A stretch of 64,000 nt of DNA from Octopus vulgaris (GCA_951406725.2 OX597817.1:166718001-166782000); one strand, 5' to 3'. Positions 40,380 to 54,753 are shown, counted from the first letter of the stretch. Notes: generated by a model from the letters alone, not told the origin. A program made the numbers and translations.

Positions 40380-40610
40380 GTGCTCAGGGCTAAAGGCAGA
40401 GAATGACGGCTTTATCTTGACGACCGAAAATCAAAGTTTATTGACCCGGAACTATCAAGCCAATGTGATGAAAAATGGTGTAGACCCAAATTGCCGGCAC
40501 TGCAACGATGGGATAGAAACAGTCGACCACCTAATCTCTGGATTAAATGTTTTAGCACCTGTAGAGTACAAATCAAGACATGACAGATTTGATCAATATC
40601 TACATGATCC
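40380..40610 (+). pseudogene. Diverged R4-like zinc-knuckle fragment (third lineage)
   Basis: SGLKAENDGFILTTENQSLLTRNYQANVMKNGVDPNCRHCNDGIETVDHLISG...RHDR, starting at a (TAA)n array. Confidence 0.85.
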
Positions 40611-40947
40611 CTGGCTTACCATCCATACAGGAAGTGCAAAAGGTTGTTTTAACTGGTACGTCACACGTATTGAGAAGAGCATTGTCGCTGTGAATTTTCT
40701 TTACTTTTACCCCATTATTTATTTGTTTACTTCTCTATTTTTTTTCCTTTTTCTCCCTGTCTTCCCTCTTTTTCTCTGTCACATGACTCTGTAAATGAAC
40801 AATCTGGTGTGTTTGTTTTAATGGCCTACCAATGTATACAGTACGTTTCTCTGCCTAGATGTCAGCAAGACACTCGGCAAGAAATGGAATCAGAATTGAA
40901 AGAAGATGCTAATGAAAATAATAATAACAATAATAATAATAATAATG

Positions 40948-40981
<34 letters not shown>

Positions 40982-41130
40982 TAATAATGATGATAATAAT
41001 GATAATAATAATGATGATAATAATAATAATAATAATGATAATAATAATAATAATGATAATAATAATTATAATAATAATCATAATAATAATGATAGTAATA
41101 ATAATGATAATAATAATGATAATAATAATG

Positions 41131-41209
<79 letters not shown>

Positions 41210-41253
41210 TAATAATAAAAATAATAATAATCATCATAATAGTAATAATAATG

Positions 41254-41303
<50 letters not shown>

Positions 41304-41309
<6 letters not shown>

Positions 41310-42336
41310 CTGTTCTCAGTATTTAAGGAAGCTGACAAATACAAACAAGAAATCAAAGCACCTAATAAACATGAAGAAGAAGAAGAAGATGAAGAAACAA
41401 CAAAAGCTATAAAACAAATGAAATCCAAACTAAAAACAGAACAGCAACGAACCATGATAAAACGATGGCAAGAAAAGCCCCTTCATGGTAAATACTGCAC
41501 TAAACTAAACGCAAAAGAAATAGACAAAGAAAAATCCCAGCAATGGTTGAGAAGCTCAGGACTCAAAGCAGAAACAGAGGGATTTTTAATTGCAGCACAA
41601 GACCAAAGCCTCCCCACCAGAAATTACCAAAAACATGTAATGAAAAGAAATATTACAAGTAACTGCAGAATATGTGGAGATGGACAAGAAACAATAAATC
41701 ATATTATCTCTAGCTGCCCAGTCCTGGCTAAGAAGGAATATATTCACAGACATGACAGAGTTGGAACCTACATACATTGGAAGCTATGCCAACATTATGG
41801 AATAACAACAGAAAAAAGATGGTATAGGCACACACCAGAAAAGGTCACAGAAAACGAGAAAGCAACCATACTCTGGGATATGCCGATACACACAGATAGA
41901 GAAATTAAGGCCAACAGACCAGATATAGTTGTCAGAGATCATGAAGAAAAAAAATGCTTTTTAATTGATGTATCAATACCGGCAGATGACAACGTGTCTC
42001 TAAAAGAAATGGAGAAACTCTCAAAATACAAAGACCTGGAAATAGAGGTAACTAGAATGTGGAATCTGAAAACAGAAACAATTCCTATCATAGTAGGTGC
42101 ATTAGGCATGATAAAAAAATATTCAGACAAATACATAACAAAAACACCAGGACTTACAAACACATATAACATACAGAAAATTGCACTACTAGGCACTGCC
42201 CACATCCTACGCAGAACACTTTCCATACAATAACCATCAGAGCATCACAACAAATCACAGCACATACCCAAGGCACACAGAGCTGCGCTCGGTAGTGAAG
42301 TGAAAGCACGCTATAAAAATAAAAATAAAACTACTG
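41304..42336 (+). mobile_element. R4/Dong-like family B, 5'-truncated copy with open frame
   Basis: WQEKPLHG, GLKAETEG, CCHC, RPD/IDVSIP, KLSKY, then 3'UTR and (AAT)n. Preceded by a ~390-bp AAT array. Confidence 0.95.
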
Positions 42337-42363
42337 AATAATAATAATAATAATAATCATCAT

Positions 42364-42456
42364 CATCAGAGCATCACAACAAATTACAGCACATACCCAA
42401 GGCACACAGAGCTGCGCTCGGTAGTGAAGTGAAAGCACGCTATAAAAATAAAACTA

Positions 42457-42459
<3 letters not shown>
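42364..42459 (+). mobile_element. Family B 3'UTR-only insertion
   Basis: catcagagcatcacaac...aaactactg-(AAT)n duplicates the 3'UTR of the preceding copy. Confidence 0.9.
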
Positions 42460-42519
<60 letters not shown>

Positions 42520-42580
42520 AAGAAGAAGAAGAAGAAGAAGAACAAGAACAACAACAACAACAACAACAACAACTATAAAG

Positions 42581-42657
42581 GAAACTGGATTAGAGTACCC
42601 AGTAGAACTGTCACAAGATGTTTGCCTCCTTGACACAGCCAGATTAATCAGGAAAGT
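42581..42657 (+). pseudogene. R4-like 3' coding relic
   Basis: gtttgcctccttgacacagccagattaatcaggaaagta (VCLLDTARLIRKV), related to 32015-32155. Confidence 0.6.
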
Positions 42658-42965
42658 ATAGAGGATCCGTACCCGCACGCGGATGATGGGGCCCCATGCA
42701 TCGTTAAAAGCTTTCTTGACTTCATGTCCATCTCCTTTACTTCCTCCTCCGTCCATTTCAGGATTCCAACGCCGTACCAAACTACTGCGACTGTGCGCGA
42801 ATTTTTATTGCCAAAATTATGTTTCTGGCATTTAGCTTCGAAGTCACACTTTGAAGCCTCACTCGCCTCACGTACTCTCTTTTGCCTTTTCCTTCATGCC
42901 ATTTTGATTGATTCCCTCTGCCTCAAGTATTCCCAGGTATTTATAGCTGGACTGAAGCTGAATTG
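42658..42965 (-). pseudogene. Diverged R4-like RT thumb-region relic
   Basis: Minus strand reads SYKYLGILEAEGINQNGMKEK...SKLNARNIILAI...WTEEEVKEMDMKSRKLLTMHG with frameshifts. Confidence 0.85.
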
Positions 42966-43020
42966 CCGTCTATTTTTATTATTATTACTATCATTATTAT
43001 TATTGTTGTTATTATTATTT

Positions 43021-43275
43021 CTTTCACTCTCTCTCTCTCGTACCCTCTCTCTCACCCTCTTTCTCACTCTCTCTTTCACTCTCTCTCTCTCTATATATAT
43101 ATATATAGAGAGAGAGAGAAGGAAAGAAAGCATGATAGAGAGAGAGAGAGCGTGTATACCTGTAAAGTAAAAAAGAAAGTAAGGAAGATACTCCAAAAGG
43201 GAGATTTAAAGACAGTGTAAACTATTTTTAAGACCACAAAAGCAATTATTATTGGTGCTGTCTTTTTTGTTGTTG

Positions 43276-43280
<5 letters not shown>
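43021..43280 (+). repeat. Second copy of the 30462-30720 segment, embedded in (TTA)n
   Basis: Direct repeat with a ~10-bp deletion relative to the first copy. Confidence 0.9.
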
Positions 43281-43340
<60 letters not shown>

Positions 43341-43374
43341 TGTAGTAGTAGTAGTAGTAGTAGTAGTAGTATGC

Positions 43375-43593
43375 GAACACTCACAGATTATTTTGCCGGG
43401 TATGATGGAAAAATGTCAGCTGTCCACAGCCAACAGACTAAGGTGACACTTGTTTACTTGTCATGCTTCAAGAACCTTGCGAAGAATTCTTGCAGGTCCA
43501 AACAATGCTAATTTTTTAGCTGTTCTGCCTTCAAACTGGCTGCGAAGTTTTTCACCCACGATGGTAGTTGAGTGCAGATACTTCCAAGTGCAC

Positions 43594-43596
<3 letters not shown>
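43375..43596 (-). pseudogene. R4-like 3' end relic
   Basis: Minus strand SALGSI...ALFGPARILRKVLEA-stop, between trinucleotide arrays. Confidence 0.75.
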
Positions 43597-43661
<65 letters not shown>

Positions 43662-43722
43662 GTTATTATTATTATCATCATCATCATCATCATCATTCTT
43701 CTTCTTCTTCTTCTTCTTCTTC

Positions 43723-43781
<59 letters not shown>

Positions 43782-43862
43782 GTTATTATTATTGTTATCA
43801 TCATCATCATCATCATCATTCTTCTTCTTCTTCTTCTTCTTATTATTATTATTATTATTATT

Positions 43863-44206
43863 CAGTAGTTTTATTTTTATTTTTATAGCGTGCTTTCACT
43901 TCACTACCGAGCACAGCTCTGTGTGCCTTGGGTATGTGCTGTGATTTGTTGTGATGCTCTGATGGTTATTGTATGGAAAGTGTTCTGCGTAGGATGTGTG
44001 CAGTGCCTAGTAGTGCAATTTTCTGTATGTTATATGTGTTTGTAAGTCCTGGTGTTTTTGTTATGTATTTGTCTGAATATTATTTTTATCATGCCTAATG
44101 CACCTACTATGATAGGAATTGTTTCTGTTTTCAGGTTCCACATTCTAGTTACCTCTATTTCCAGGTCTTTGTATTTTGAGAGTTTCTCCATTTCTTTTAG
44201 AGACAC

Positions 44207-44209
<3 letters not shown>
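43863..44209 (-). mobile_element. R4/Dong-like family B, 5'-truncated copy on the minus strand
   Basis: Reverse complement of about 41991-42336, within (TTA)n. Confidence 0.95.
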
Positions 44210-44271
<62 letters not shown>

Positions 44272-44279
44272 CGTCGTCG

Positions 44280-44310
<31 letters not shown>

Positions 44311-44330
44311 TCTTCTTCTTCTTCTTCTTC

Positions 44331-44380
<50 letters not shown>

Positions 44381-44990
44381 AGTAGCTTGCGATTTGTGAA
44401 AATTTTATGATCAGATAAATCATCTTTTTATGGATGATATAAAATTTTATGCGAATATGAGAATCAAAGTGAAATTCTTGTATATACTGTTCGCATGTAT
44501 TCAAAAGATGTAGGTATAGAATTCGGGATCGATAAGTGCGCTATATTGATTATTAAACGAGGAAGATTTGAAAGGAGCCTATGAATCAAAAGCCAAAATG
44601 ATCAAAGAATGGAAGCATTTGAGAAAGGACAGTGGGAATACTGGAAACGGCTGAAATAAAATTTGAAATTATGAAGCAATTATAGGCAGGGAGTAAACAA
44701 GGAGAGTGAGAAAAATTTTACAGTAGAAGTTGATTTCAAAAAAATGTTACTGAAGCAATAAAGTGCAAAAACAGTACCGTACCGATTTGGAATTATAGAT
44801 TGAACAATAAAGTGACGTACAGAAATTTGACAGAAAAACTAGAAAGATGTTGACTATATATGGAGTCCACCATTCGAAAGATGATATTAACCGGTTGCTC
44901 TTGAAGAGGGAACAGAAGTGAAGAGGTTTAATTGCTGTGGAAGAATATTAATGGCTTCAAAATAAGTGCATTGAGACGGAAAGATTGGGA
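44381..44990 (+). pseudogene. Ancient R4-like RT relic
   Basis: INHL.FMDDIKFYA, VGIEFGIDKCAILIIKRG, DRKTRKMLTIYGVHH, RGLI fragments. Confidence 0.8.
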
Positions 44991-47309
44991 GACAGAGAGA
45001 CTTTATAATTGATTCATTGAACACGATAGGTATTAACACTTTCTCTCTCCTTATGCACATAAATATAAATGCGCTCACACATATGGACATAGATGTGAGA
45101 AGGAGTAAGAAAGGAGAGAATGCGAGAAACACTAAAATATCCGATGTCAAATATGTCAGCATTGAATCAACGATGCTAAATATGCTATGGTAAAACGGTT
45201 GTGCTAAAACGTCTCATACCCCACCAGAAGGCTTCACCTGTTTCTCTACAACCAGCTTCTTCTTCAAGGAAATGATGAGAGCATCGTTAGACAAGAAATT
45301 AGTTATCTTCGCACCTTTCAACCGAGTCTATCAAACAACCCCTCTGACCATAGCTATCAGGTAGATTTAAGAGTAGCAGCCGTTTTTCTCCGTTAGATGC
45401 AAGACGAGTAGCTTGGAGTAAATGAACAGTCAATTATATTGCCCCTAGTACATAATTGTTATTTTACTTTATCGATTTTTTGGAGAAAAGGCAGCGTTGA
45501 GTGCGGCGGGAACTGAACTCACAGCGTTAAGAATCGGAGTAAATACTGCAAGACAAAATATAAGGTATTTTGTCAAATGCTCTAACGATGCTGTCAATCT
45601 ATCATCTTCAATGACAAAAACAACAATAGTAATAATAATGTGTTTTATTTTCCACAGAGGCATATGATAACTCATCTAGTTGCCAGAAGGATTCCTATAT
45701 ACAAATACAACGTTAACGTATGAAGATTACGAAACATGTGATGAACAAGACAATTTACCTTAATTCAAGGGGATGCCTAAAGAACTTATTCAAGTAACAT
45801 AGTAAAAAATGTAATGAAGATTAAAAGACAAGGAATAAATGCAAAAAGTAGAAACATTATTATTTCTAAATCTCTCAAAGAGAGATATTCAGTAACAGTG
45901 CTTTAAAGTAAAGTCCTGGATGGGATGAAAATATAAGGACACAGATATTGCGTCGAATAGCCAACTGGAAACGACGTTTCCTGGAGCTAAACAACAGTAA
46001 CATTCGTCCCATCAAGGACTGCCACATTATGTTGGCAAATAGTCTTATATTTATTTTACAATAAATGTAAAATTATTTCAAAAACCATAATTAAGCATGA
46101 TACAATTATATTCTTTGAATTTACAACAGTCGCCATTTAGTTCCCTTTTACTTCACATTTTGACATATGGATGAGGTTTACTGCTGAGCGGGAGGTAGGT
46201 CTGCAATATCGTTCGCTTCTAAAATCGAGAAAGAGTGATCTCTGCTATTTCTAGAGCTTCGAGTTGTGCAACTATTGGAAGAGTTGTATCCAGGAGCTGC
46301 TGTTATTGTTTCTACCGCTGTGCCCCTCGTTGTCACTTATCTTTCCAGCTCCTCAGAAAGCCTCCCCAAATGGCTTTTGTTGCCAGAATATGACATCAGG
46401 GCTTTACTCGCTGTGCTACTGATCTCATTAATTTTGTTTCTACATTCGGGTGAGACACAACTCTGAAAGGCATGTGGATTTAAGAAGGAGAATCACTTTT
46501 ATCTACTGTACCATATTTCTCCCATACAATAAACCTGTAGCAATCTTCTAACCACCAGCTACATCACCTAATCCGAACTGTTTCATGGGTAAGAATTTTA
46601 AACATTATCTAGTGAAAATTAAGCGCATTCAGTTGTGGTAACTACCTCACAACTTAACGACAAAGCATTCGAACGATCGAACGATCAGACATATTGTTTA
46701 CGAGTGTGAAACAATAAGTAATGGAAGATCTAAATCCCAGTTTGTTGATACAAATATTTAATCATCTCGACATATACATACATGTGTGTGTGTGTAATTC
46801 TCTCTGTCTCCTTTGCAAGAGTATCGATGAGATGTTTGAGATTACTACAACTCCGTTGTAGTAATATCAAACTGAAAACTGACGTGTCACTTATCGCTGC
46901 ACCAACATGTCTGCCATGTTGATAAGCTATAAGGAAGTTAATTATCAAACCACAGAGGACACAACTGCGAGGGAAATGATATCAAAGTAACCTCATTAGT
47001 TTATATCTTTTTTGGTGAAATAAATATTATCTGACATCCCTGCAATGAAAGCATGATTAAACCGAATTTGTTGCTCCCACTAGAGACAGTTTCAATCTCG
47101 CCTAACTACAAACTGATTTCGATTATTGTTATATTTTACATATTTCCGTGGCTTTTTATTTTTGTTTCGATTTTCCCATCTTTTTAATATCTTTTAAAAT
47201 TTGTCATATTTTTTCTCTTCCTCCTCCATCTGATTTTACTTCACCAGTAGTTCTTTTCTTATACAACTAGGTGTATTTTCTTTTATTTTGTTCTCATTCT
47301 CCTTATATT

Positions 47310-48000
47310 TCCTTCTTCTTCTTCTTCTTCTTCTTCTTCTTCTTCTTCTTCTTCTTCTTTTTCTTCTTCTTCTTCTTCTTCTTCTTCTTCTTCTCCTTCT
47401 TCTTCTTCGTCGTCTTCTTCTTCTTTTTCTTCTTCTTCCCCATCTTCTTCTTTTTCTTCTTTTTCTTCTTCTTCTTCTTCTTCTTTTTCTTCTTCTCCTC
47501 CTCCTCCTTCTTCTTCTTCTTCTTCTTCTCCTTCTTCTTCTTCTTGTTCTTGTTCTTCTTCTTGTTCTTCTTCTTCTTCTCTTTCTTCTTCTTCTTCTTC
47601 TTCTTCTTCTATTTCTTCTTCTTCTTCTTCTTCTTCTATTTCTTCTTCTTCTTCTTCTTCTTCTATATCTTCTTCTTTTTCTTCTTCTTCTTCTTCTTCT
47701 TCTTCTTCTTCTTCTATTTCTTCTTCTTCTTCTTCTTCTTCTTCTTCTATTTCTTCTTCTTCTTCTTCTTCTTCTTCTATATCTTCTTCTTCTTTTTCTT
47801 CTTCTTCTATTTCTTCTTCTTATTCTTCTCTTCTATCTCTTCTTCTTCTTCTTCTTCTTATTCTTCTATTTCTTCTTCTTATTCTTCTCTTCTATCTCTT
47901 CTTCTTCTTCTTCTTCTTCTTCTTCTCCTCCTCCTCCTTCTTCTTCTCCTCCTCCTTCTTCTTCTTCTTCTTCTTCTCCATTCTTCTTTTCCTCCTCCTT
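47310..48000. repeat. (TTC)n polypyrimidine microsatellite, ~700 bp
   Basis: Directly visible. Confidence 0.97.
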
Positions 48001-48504
48001 CGCCTCCTCTTCCTCTACAGCTTACCTTTATCTTTTTTTCTTATTCATATTTTTTTCATATCGTCATTTTCTTCTTTAACTTCTTTCCACTTTTATTTTC
48101 ATCTTTCATCTTCCACTTTTATTTTTCTTCATCTTTATCTTTCAGTTTCTTTTTTTTTTTTTTCCATTTCTCCTTTTTCTGCTTTCATCTTCCTCCTTTA
48201 ATTCATTTCCTTCTTCTTTTTCTTTATCATTTTCTTTTTCTCCTCCTTCTGCCTTCTTTTTATCGCATCGTAAAATTCAACTTGAGAGAAAATAATCCCC
48301 GATTGGTAGCTAACATTTACCGCCGTCTAATCAATGTTGTTCTATCTCGGAATCCCTGATGTCAAATTGCCAAACCTTGTAAAATGTAGACGCAGTTCAA
48401 AGTGGATTCTTCCGATACTCACTGAACCCAACACCAAGAATATCCTACAATAATTTGATGAAATTGATTCTGACAAATACGGGTGTATATTTCTTTACAC
48501 TCAC

Positions 48505-48577
<73 letters not shown>

Positions 48578-48898
48578 GCTATCTAGCTATCTAGCTAGCT
48601 ATCCATCTATCTCTCCATCCATCTATTTATTTACCTATTATCTATATACCTATCACTCTGTATCGTTATATATATATACATGCATACATGCATTCATGCA
48701 TTCATGCATATACACCAACATATTTATGTTTCTGCATATACATGTGTGTGTGAGTGTGTGTGAGTGTATATATGTGTGTATGTGCGTGTATATATACATA
48801 TATATAAGTATATACATATATATATATATATATGTGTGTATATATATATAGATACATGCATTCATGCATATACACCTATATATATATATATATACTTT

Positions 48899-48929
<31 letters not shown>

Positions 48930-49352
48930 TTGTATATATATATAATTATCTATGTATGTATGTATGTATGTATGTATGTATGTATGTATGTATGTATGTA
49001 TGTATGTATAGAAATGCATACACACACACACACTTATGTGTATGAGGAGTGAGAATCATAGACACATTTTTTGATTCCACCTTACGTCATCTTTAGTTTT
49101 CCATCTTAGTGGGAGATATTCAAGATGGCGAAGCGAAAGAGGTGAATGCATATGGGATGTTTGCCTATGAGAAAACCTCATCGATCTAATTCAGAGTAGT
49201 AAAAGCTATTTTGAATTCCTGAGAAGAAACTGCGTATATGCTGCTGGCTGCAGATGGTTTTTGAGGAGTCAATCTTTACCAGTAATCTAGATGGATGGCC
49301 TTCAATGGAAATTTCCATGAAATATGTAGACGCACACACACTGATACAAACA

Positions 49353-49417
<65 letters not shown>

Positions 49418-49484
49418 GTGTGTAAGTATGTATGAATATATATAAATGTATATATACATGTGTATATATAAATGTATATAGCTG

Positions 49485-49545
<61 letters not shown>

Positions 49546-49569
49546 ACATATATATATATATATATATAT

Positions 49570-49672
49570 ATTCTTTTGCTCTTTTGTTTCAGTCATTTGA
49601 CTGCGGCCATGCTGGAGCACCGCCTTTAGTTGAACAAATCAACCCCAGGACTCATTCTTTGTAAGCCGAGTG
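49570..49672 (-). mobile_element. S1 SINE 3' fragment
   Basis: gtttcagtcatttgactgcggccatgctggagcaccgcctttag. Confidence 0.85.
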
Positions 49673-50658
49673 CTTTTTTTCTATCAAATTAAATGGCTGA
49701 CAAACATGCTGGTGATTTGTATCCTATATCGTCTACGAATTCATTGGATTGCTCAAAATGCTAGAAATATTAAAACGCTAAACCTTTCTTAGATCACCCA
49801 TTACCGTCTGAACGAAGGAAAGAAAGTTCTGGAAATGCAAAAATATAAGATCAGGCCTAGAACATTTTATTTCATAGGTCTGCGAGACTCCAGGTGAGAG
49901 CCTCAATGCGATCATACGAACGTCTAAGACAGAAAATTAATGTCTTTCGTAACAGTTCTTGTAGTTTTGAATTTAAAAAAAAATACCTCACATTGAAGTA
50001 TTCCACTACGGGGTCACTCCTTGTTGCTGTGTGCTGATTTGTGTGCCTCAATCGTCCTGAGAACTACTTCTGTGGAACGAAAGTTCATGTTAAGGCCTCA
50101 TATGCTGGACAGGTCAAAGGATTGAGGCCAGACTAATATCGACAACTCTTCTCAGCAAATATTTGTGTAGAGTCAAAGTATTACAATGCTCCTTGTCCTT
50201 CGAAGCTGGTTAATCACATTCCGCTCAATTTCTGTACCCTTGATTCACTAATATTTCTTCCTCTCATCACCTGTGTTGCATCCAATCCAATCCACGCCTT
50301 GCACTAACCCCTTAGTCCAAATCGCCTTCCCACAAAATATCGACCCTCTAAAATTCCTTTCGTGAGGGAGTTTTGAAATCATTTAAGCAGGACATTAAAA
50401 GCATCATTTTCACTGGTTTTAAATGACCCACTAATGTCATGAACAGATTTCCATCTTCAACACCTAACTAATAAAAAAAATATGTTGTTGCAAACAATCT
50501 TTTCCGTAGGTGACTCAAGTTAAATTATCCCTACCAAATTTAGTATACGTTATAGAAGTACTCATTATGTAGTGCTTCCTTCACATAGACTACTGAGAAA
50601 CATAGAACGACAAAGTCCTTTACAGGTCTTTTTAACTACATCATTTTATATTCTAAAT

Positions 50659-51107
50659 GTGGAGGCGCAATGGCCCAGTGGTTAGGGCAGCGGACTCGCG
50701 GTCATAGGATCGCGGTTTCGATTCCCAAACCGGGCGTTGTGAGTGTTTATTGAGCGAAAACACCTAAAGCCCCACGAGGCTCCGGCAGGGGGTGGTGATC
50801 CCTGCTGTACCCTTTCACCACAACTTTCTCTCACTCTTACTTCCTGTTTCTGTTGTACCTGTATTTCAAAGGGCCGGCCTTGTCACTCTCTGTGTCACTC
50901 TTACTTCCTGTTTCTGTTGTACCTGTATTTCAAAGGGCCGGCCTTGTCACTCTCTGTGTCACGCTGAATATCCCCGATAACTATGTTAAGGGTACGCGTG
51001 TCTGTGGAGTGCCCAGCCACTTACACGTTAATTTCACGAGCAGGCTGTTCCGTTGATTCGGATCAACCGGAACCCTCGTCGTCGTAACCGACGGAGTGCT
51101 TCCAAAA
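50659..51107 (+). mobile_element. tRNA-derived SINE, family S4, full length with 11-bp TSD
   Basis: TGGCCCAGTGG A box and GTTTCGATTCC B box. ATATTCTAAAT is duplicated at 50648-50658 and 51108-51118. Internal 64-bp tandem duplication. Confidence 0.9.
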
Positions 51108-52426
51108 ATATTCTAAATCCAAATACTCCCGAAGTTCATTTTGCTTTGTATTTTTATTGATAAAATAAATAAAATAAGATGGGAAACTGGCAGAATCGTT
51201 AGTGTGTCAGATAAAATGCTTTGTTGCAATTATTCCCGTTCCCTGCAAATCCCGTTCAAATCCCATCGAAAGCAACTTTGCGTTCCAACGTTCCCCAGAC
51301 AATAAAACGCCAGACCAGTACTGAGCTTGATTCTTGTCATTCATTCATATTTTTACTCATTCTCTCTAGAAGACGTATATCTTACGCCATCAGGTTCAGA
51401 TGACCACGATAGCGCTTTTCCAGAACTTCCAGGAGTTCAGAGACTAGCACAGCACAGGGCAGTATAAAGTGCTTCTCAAGGACTGGGGACGGTAAAATCG
51501 AATACATCCCTCACCTAAAATTTGTCGCTTTGCATCTATGTCGGAGATCATTATTAAAGTAGATATGATCGGGATTACCATGGTCGAGATTACCATCGTT
51601 GGGATTATTATCATGGTCGGAATTATCAATGAATGAAGCCAGCTAAGTGTTTTCCTATTTTATCACTTCACAAAAAAGAAAGCAGCAAAATCTCACTTAA
51701 ACTACACACTATCACTCTATGAAAGAAGGACATATAAGAAAATATAGTCCTAGATATAAAATGGACGAGAAAAAGACGTCTGTCATATTCTGATACATCC
51801 ACCTGTATGATATATATTGATGATCATTTATTGATCAATATATGATGTCTCATATATTCACCGACCAAAGATTACTTGGAGCCAAAGAGCAGCATCTAAT
51901 CTAAGTACCGTCTAAAAAGGTTTTACCATTATACATATTAGAAATAGCTGCTGAATTTCTCATAAACCATATCTCACAGTTTTTAAAGAAAGAGTGAATA
52001 TTTTCGATACTGTAGATTTGCATACCCTATAATTTTATACCTGAATGAAATATACTATGCGTGATGACTGTCCACGGCTGGAACGCCTTCTAGACATACA
52101 GTGGATCGTTAAATGTTAATTTTGATAAAAGAACATAAAGTTTCTTAAGTGATGAAATTAAGAGTATGCTTCAAGTACAGTCATCTATGGATTGTATATT
52201 GTCAGTTTTATATATCCGGTAGACATTTTCATCAAATGAAAATGTCATTAAAAATACTAGCGGAAGAAAATTCATTGGTGCATGATATGTTCGCTAATAG
52301 ATAGAAGCACATACACATAGCTATATCTATATGTCTATATGCATATTTATATATACATATACATATGTGTGTGTGCGTGTTGTATCTATCTATCAGTCTC
52401 TCTCTCTCTCTCTCTTCTCTCTCTAA

Positions 52427-52556
<130 letters not shown>

Positions 52557-52836
52557 GTAATAATAATAATTATAATTATAATAATATAAATAATATATAA
52601 ATATATGCATATATACATACAAGTTGTTTCCACGTTTTTGTTTTTATGTTTTTGTTTCTCATTGTGTTCAACGTTTTTTTATGTCCTGAAGCTATATAGG
52701 GATGTATATATACATATAGATGTAGGTACGTACATATATGTATCTATATAAGCATATGTTTATATATTGTTTATATTATTATATGATCGAACGCCACGCA
52801 TCCTTTTCCAAGTAAGTTTTATCTATCTATCTATAT

Positions 52837-52902
<66 letters not shown>

Positions 52903-53469
52903 TACATATATGTATGCATATGTGTGTGCATGTAAGTACAAGCAATGCATAGAGTCACAATGTATTGTTTGTTTCATTCTTATAAGAACAATCAGCACAC
53001 GTGGAGTATGATAAATTAAATTTTTGAAGGTCATACTCTATCATGGCGACAGTCTAAATACTAGACCCATTAAAATAATGTTTAAAGGCTTAGTGGCTTC
53101 AGATTTAAGATAGTGGATTACTAACCACAAAACAATGAGTTCAAAACTTCGTATTAAACTTCCACTTTATTTGGTAACAGTATTTGTACATCTCAGTCTA
53201 CTTGAATTCTAACAATTAACAATCGTAGTTTGAAGTTGAATGGTTAGCAGTAAGAAAGATGTCCAGATTGCATGTTCAGGCAGAGATGATTCCCTTAGCT
53301 AAAGACCTCAAAATTGTGCGACCCGACCTCCTTTTTGAGGTGATTTGAGGTTATTTTTGATGTAAAAAAGAGTTGTTCTACAAAAAACATGCTTTATTAG
53401 GTAGCCGAAATATTACTGAATCTTTTCCTACCTCATACGTCAAAATCGGCAACTCAGTTTTCGAATCCA

Positions 53470-53719
53470 TATATATGTATGTATGTATATATGTATGTAT
53501 GTATGTATAAATTTATGTATGTATGTATGTATGTATGTATGTATGTATGTATGTATGAATGTATGTATGTATGCATGTATGTATGTATGTATGTATGTAT
53601 GTATGTATGTATGTATGTATGTATGTATGTATGTATGTATGTATGTATGTATGTGTGTATGTATGTATAAATATATGTATGTATGTATGTGTGTCTGTGT
53701 TTGTATGTATGTAGGTATG

Positions 53720-53751
<32 letters not shown>

Positions 53752-53753
53752 TG

Positions 53754-53816
<63 letters not shown>

Positions 53817-53845
53817 GTGTCTGTGTTTGTATGTATGTAGGTATG
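53470..53845. repeat. (TATG)n microsatellite
   Basis: Directly visible. Confidence 0.97.
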
Positions 53846-54434
53846 CCTGCCGCACGCAGTGATCCAGCCATGTGTATACTAACACGAAAGGGTGCAGATC
53901 AATAGGGAGAAGAAAAAGAAAGGAACTGGAATTCTGGTCTGGAACAATGAAGGGAAGGGACAATGTGTTGCGATCGAAACAGTTTAAAACTATCAGTTCT
54001 GTTTATCGATAAGCAATCAATACTTTTAAAAGGAGAAAGAAAAAAAAAAGGTGATATGAAAAGAGGAAAATGATGACGGTGGTAGTGTTGGTAGTGGTGG
54101 TGGTGGTGGTGGTGGTGGTGGTGGCGTTGATGGTGGTGGGTATTAAACTAGCCATGCATATACGCAAATACAAGTTCATGCATGTGACTAAACCGAAGAT
54201 GTGAATAACACCCATCCATGACTTACCCGTACGATCGTATGTAGATAGGTAAAAACAAAAGAAAAAACAGCAATGACATAGACGTGCGAAGTACTTCTGC
54301 ACACAAGTAGGTGTGTATATATATGCAGCTACGTATGAATCCATGTATACATGTATACATACACACACGAGCACACATACGCTCACACATATATATTCGC
54401 ATCTATCATGTATATACCTACATATCCATATAGC

Positions 54435-54517
<83 letters not shown>

Positions 54518-54699
54518 ATATTATATTATATTTATATGCCTATTGTATGCACGCTTAAGTTTTTCTCTATACACGTGATTAACCAGTTATTCATACACCC
54601 GTGCGCGCACAAGCACCCCACATACAAGCACGCACACACACAGACGCACTCATACACATACATATGACATATATATATATACCCGTATATATGCGTGTG

Positions 54700-54753
<54 letters not shown>

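Noticed and set aside
40809-42233. 474-aa ORF with long poly-Asn fused to an RLE domain, as a novel protein
   Set aside because: Chance in-frame read-through of an (AAT)n array into a 5'-truncated family B copy.
47271-48359. 362-aa Phe/Leu-rich ORF, and the many poly-YI, poly-V, poly-T and poly-I ORFs in the track
   Set aside because: Translations of stop-free microsatellites.
48322-48447. Minus-strand exon candidate with AG/GT boundaries
   Set aside because: Stops in all three frames and no supporting homology.
50040-50140. Possible RTE 5' leader or HDV-like ribozyme (ggcctc...gaggccagactaa)
   Set aside because: Only one stem is evident and a full nested double pseudoknot could not be built by eye.
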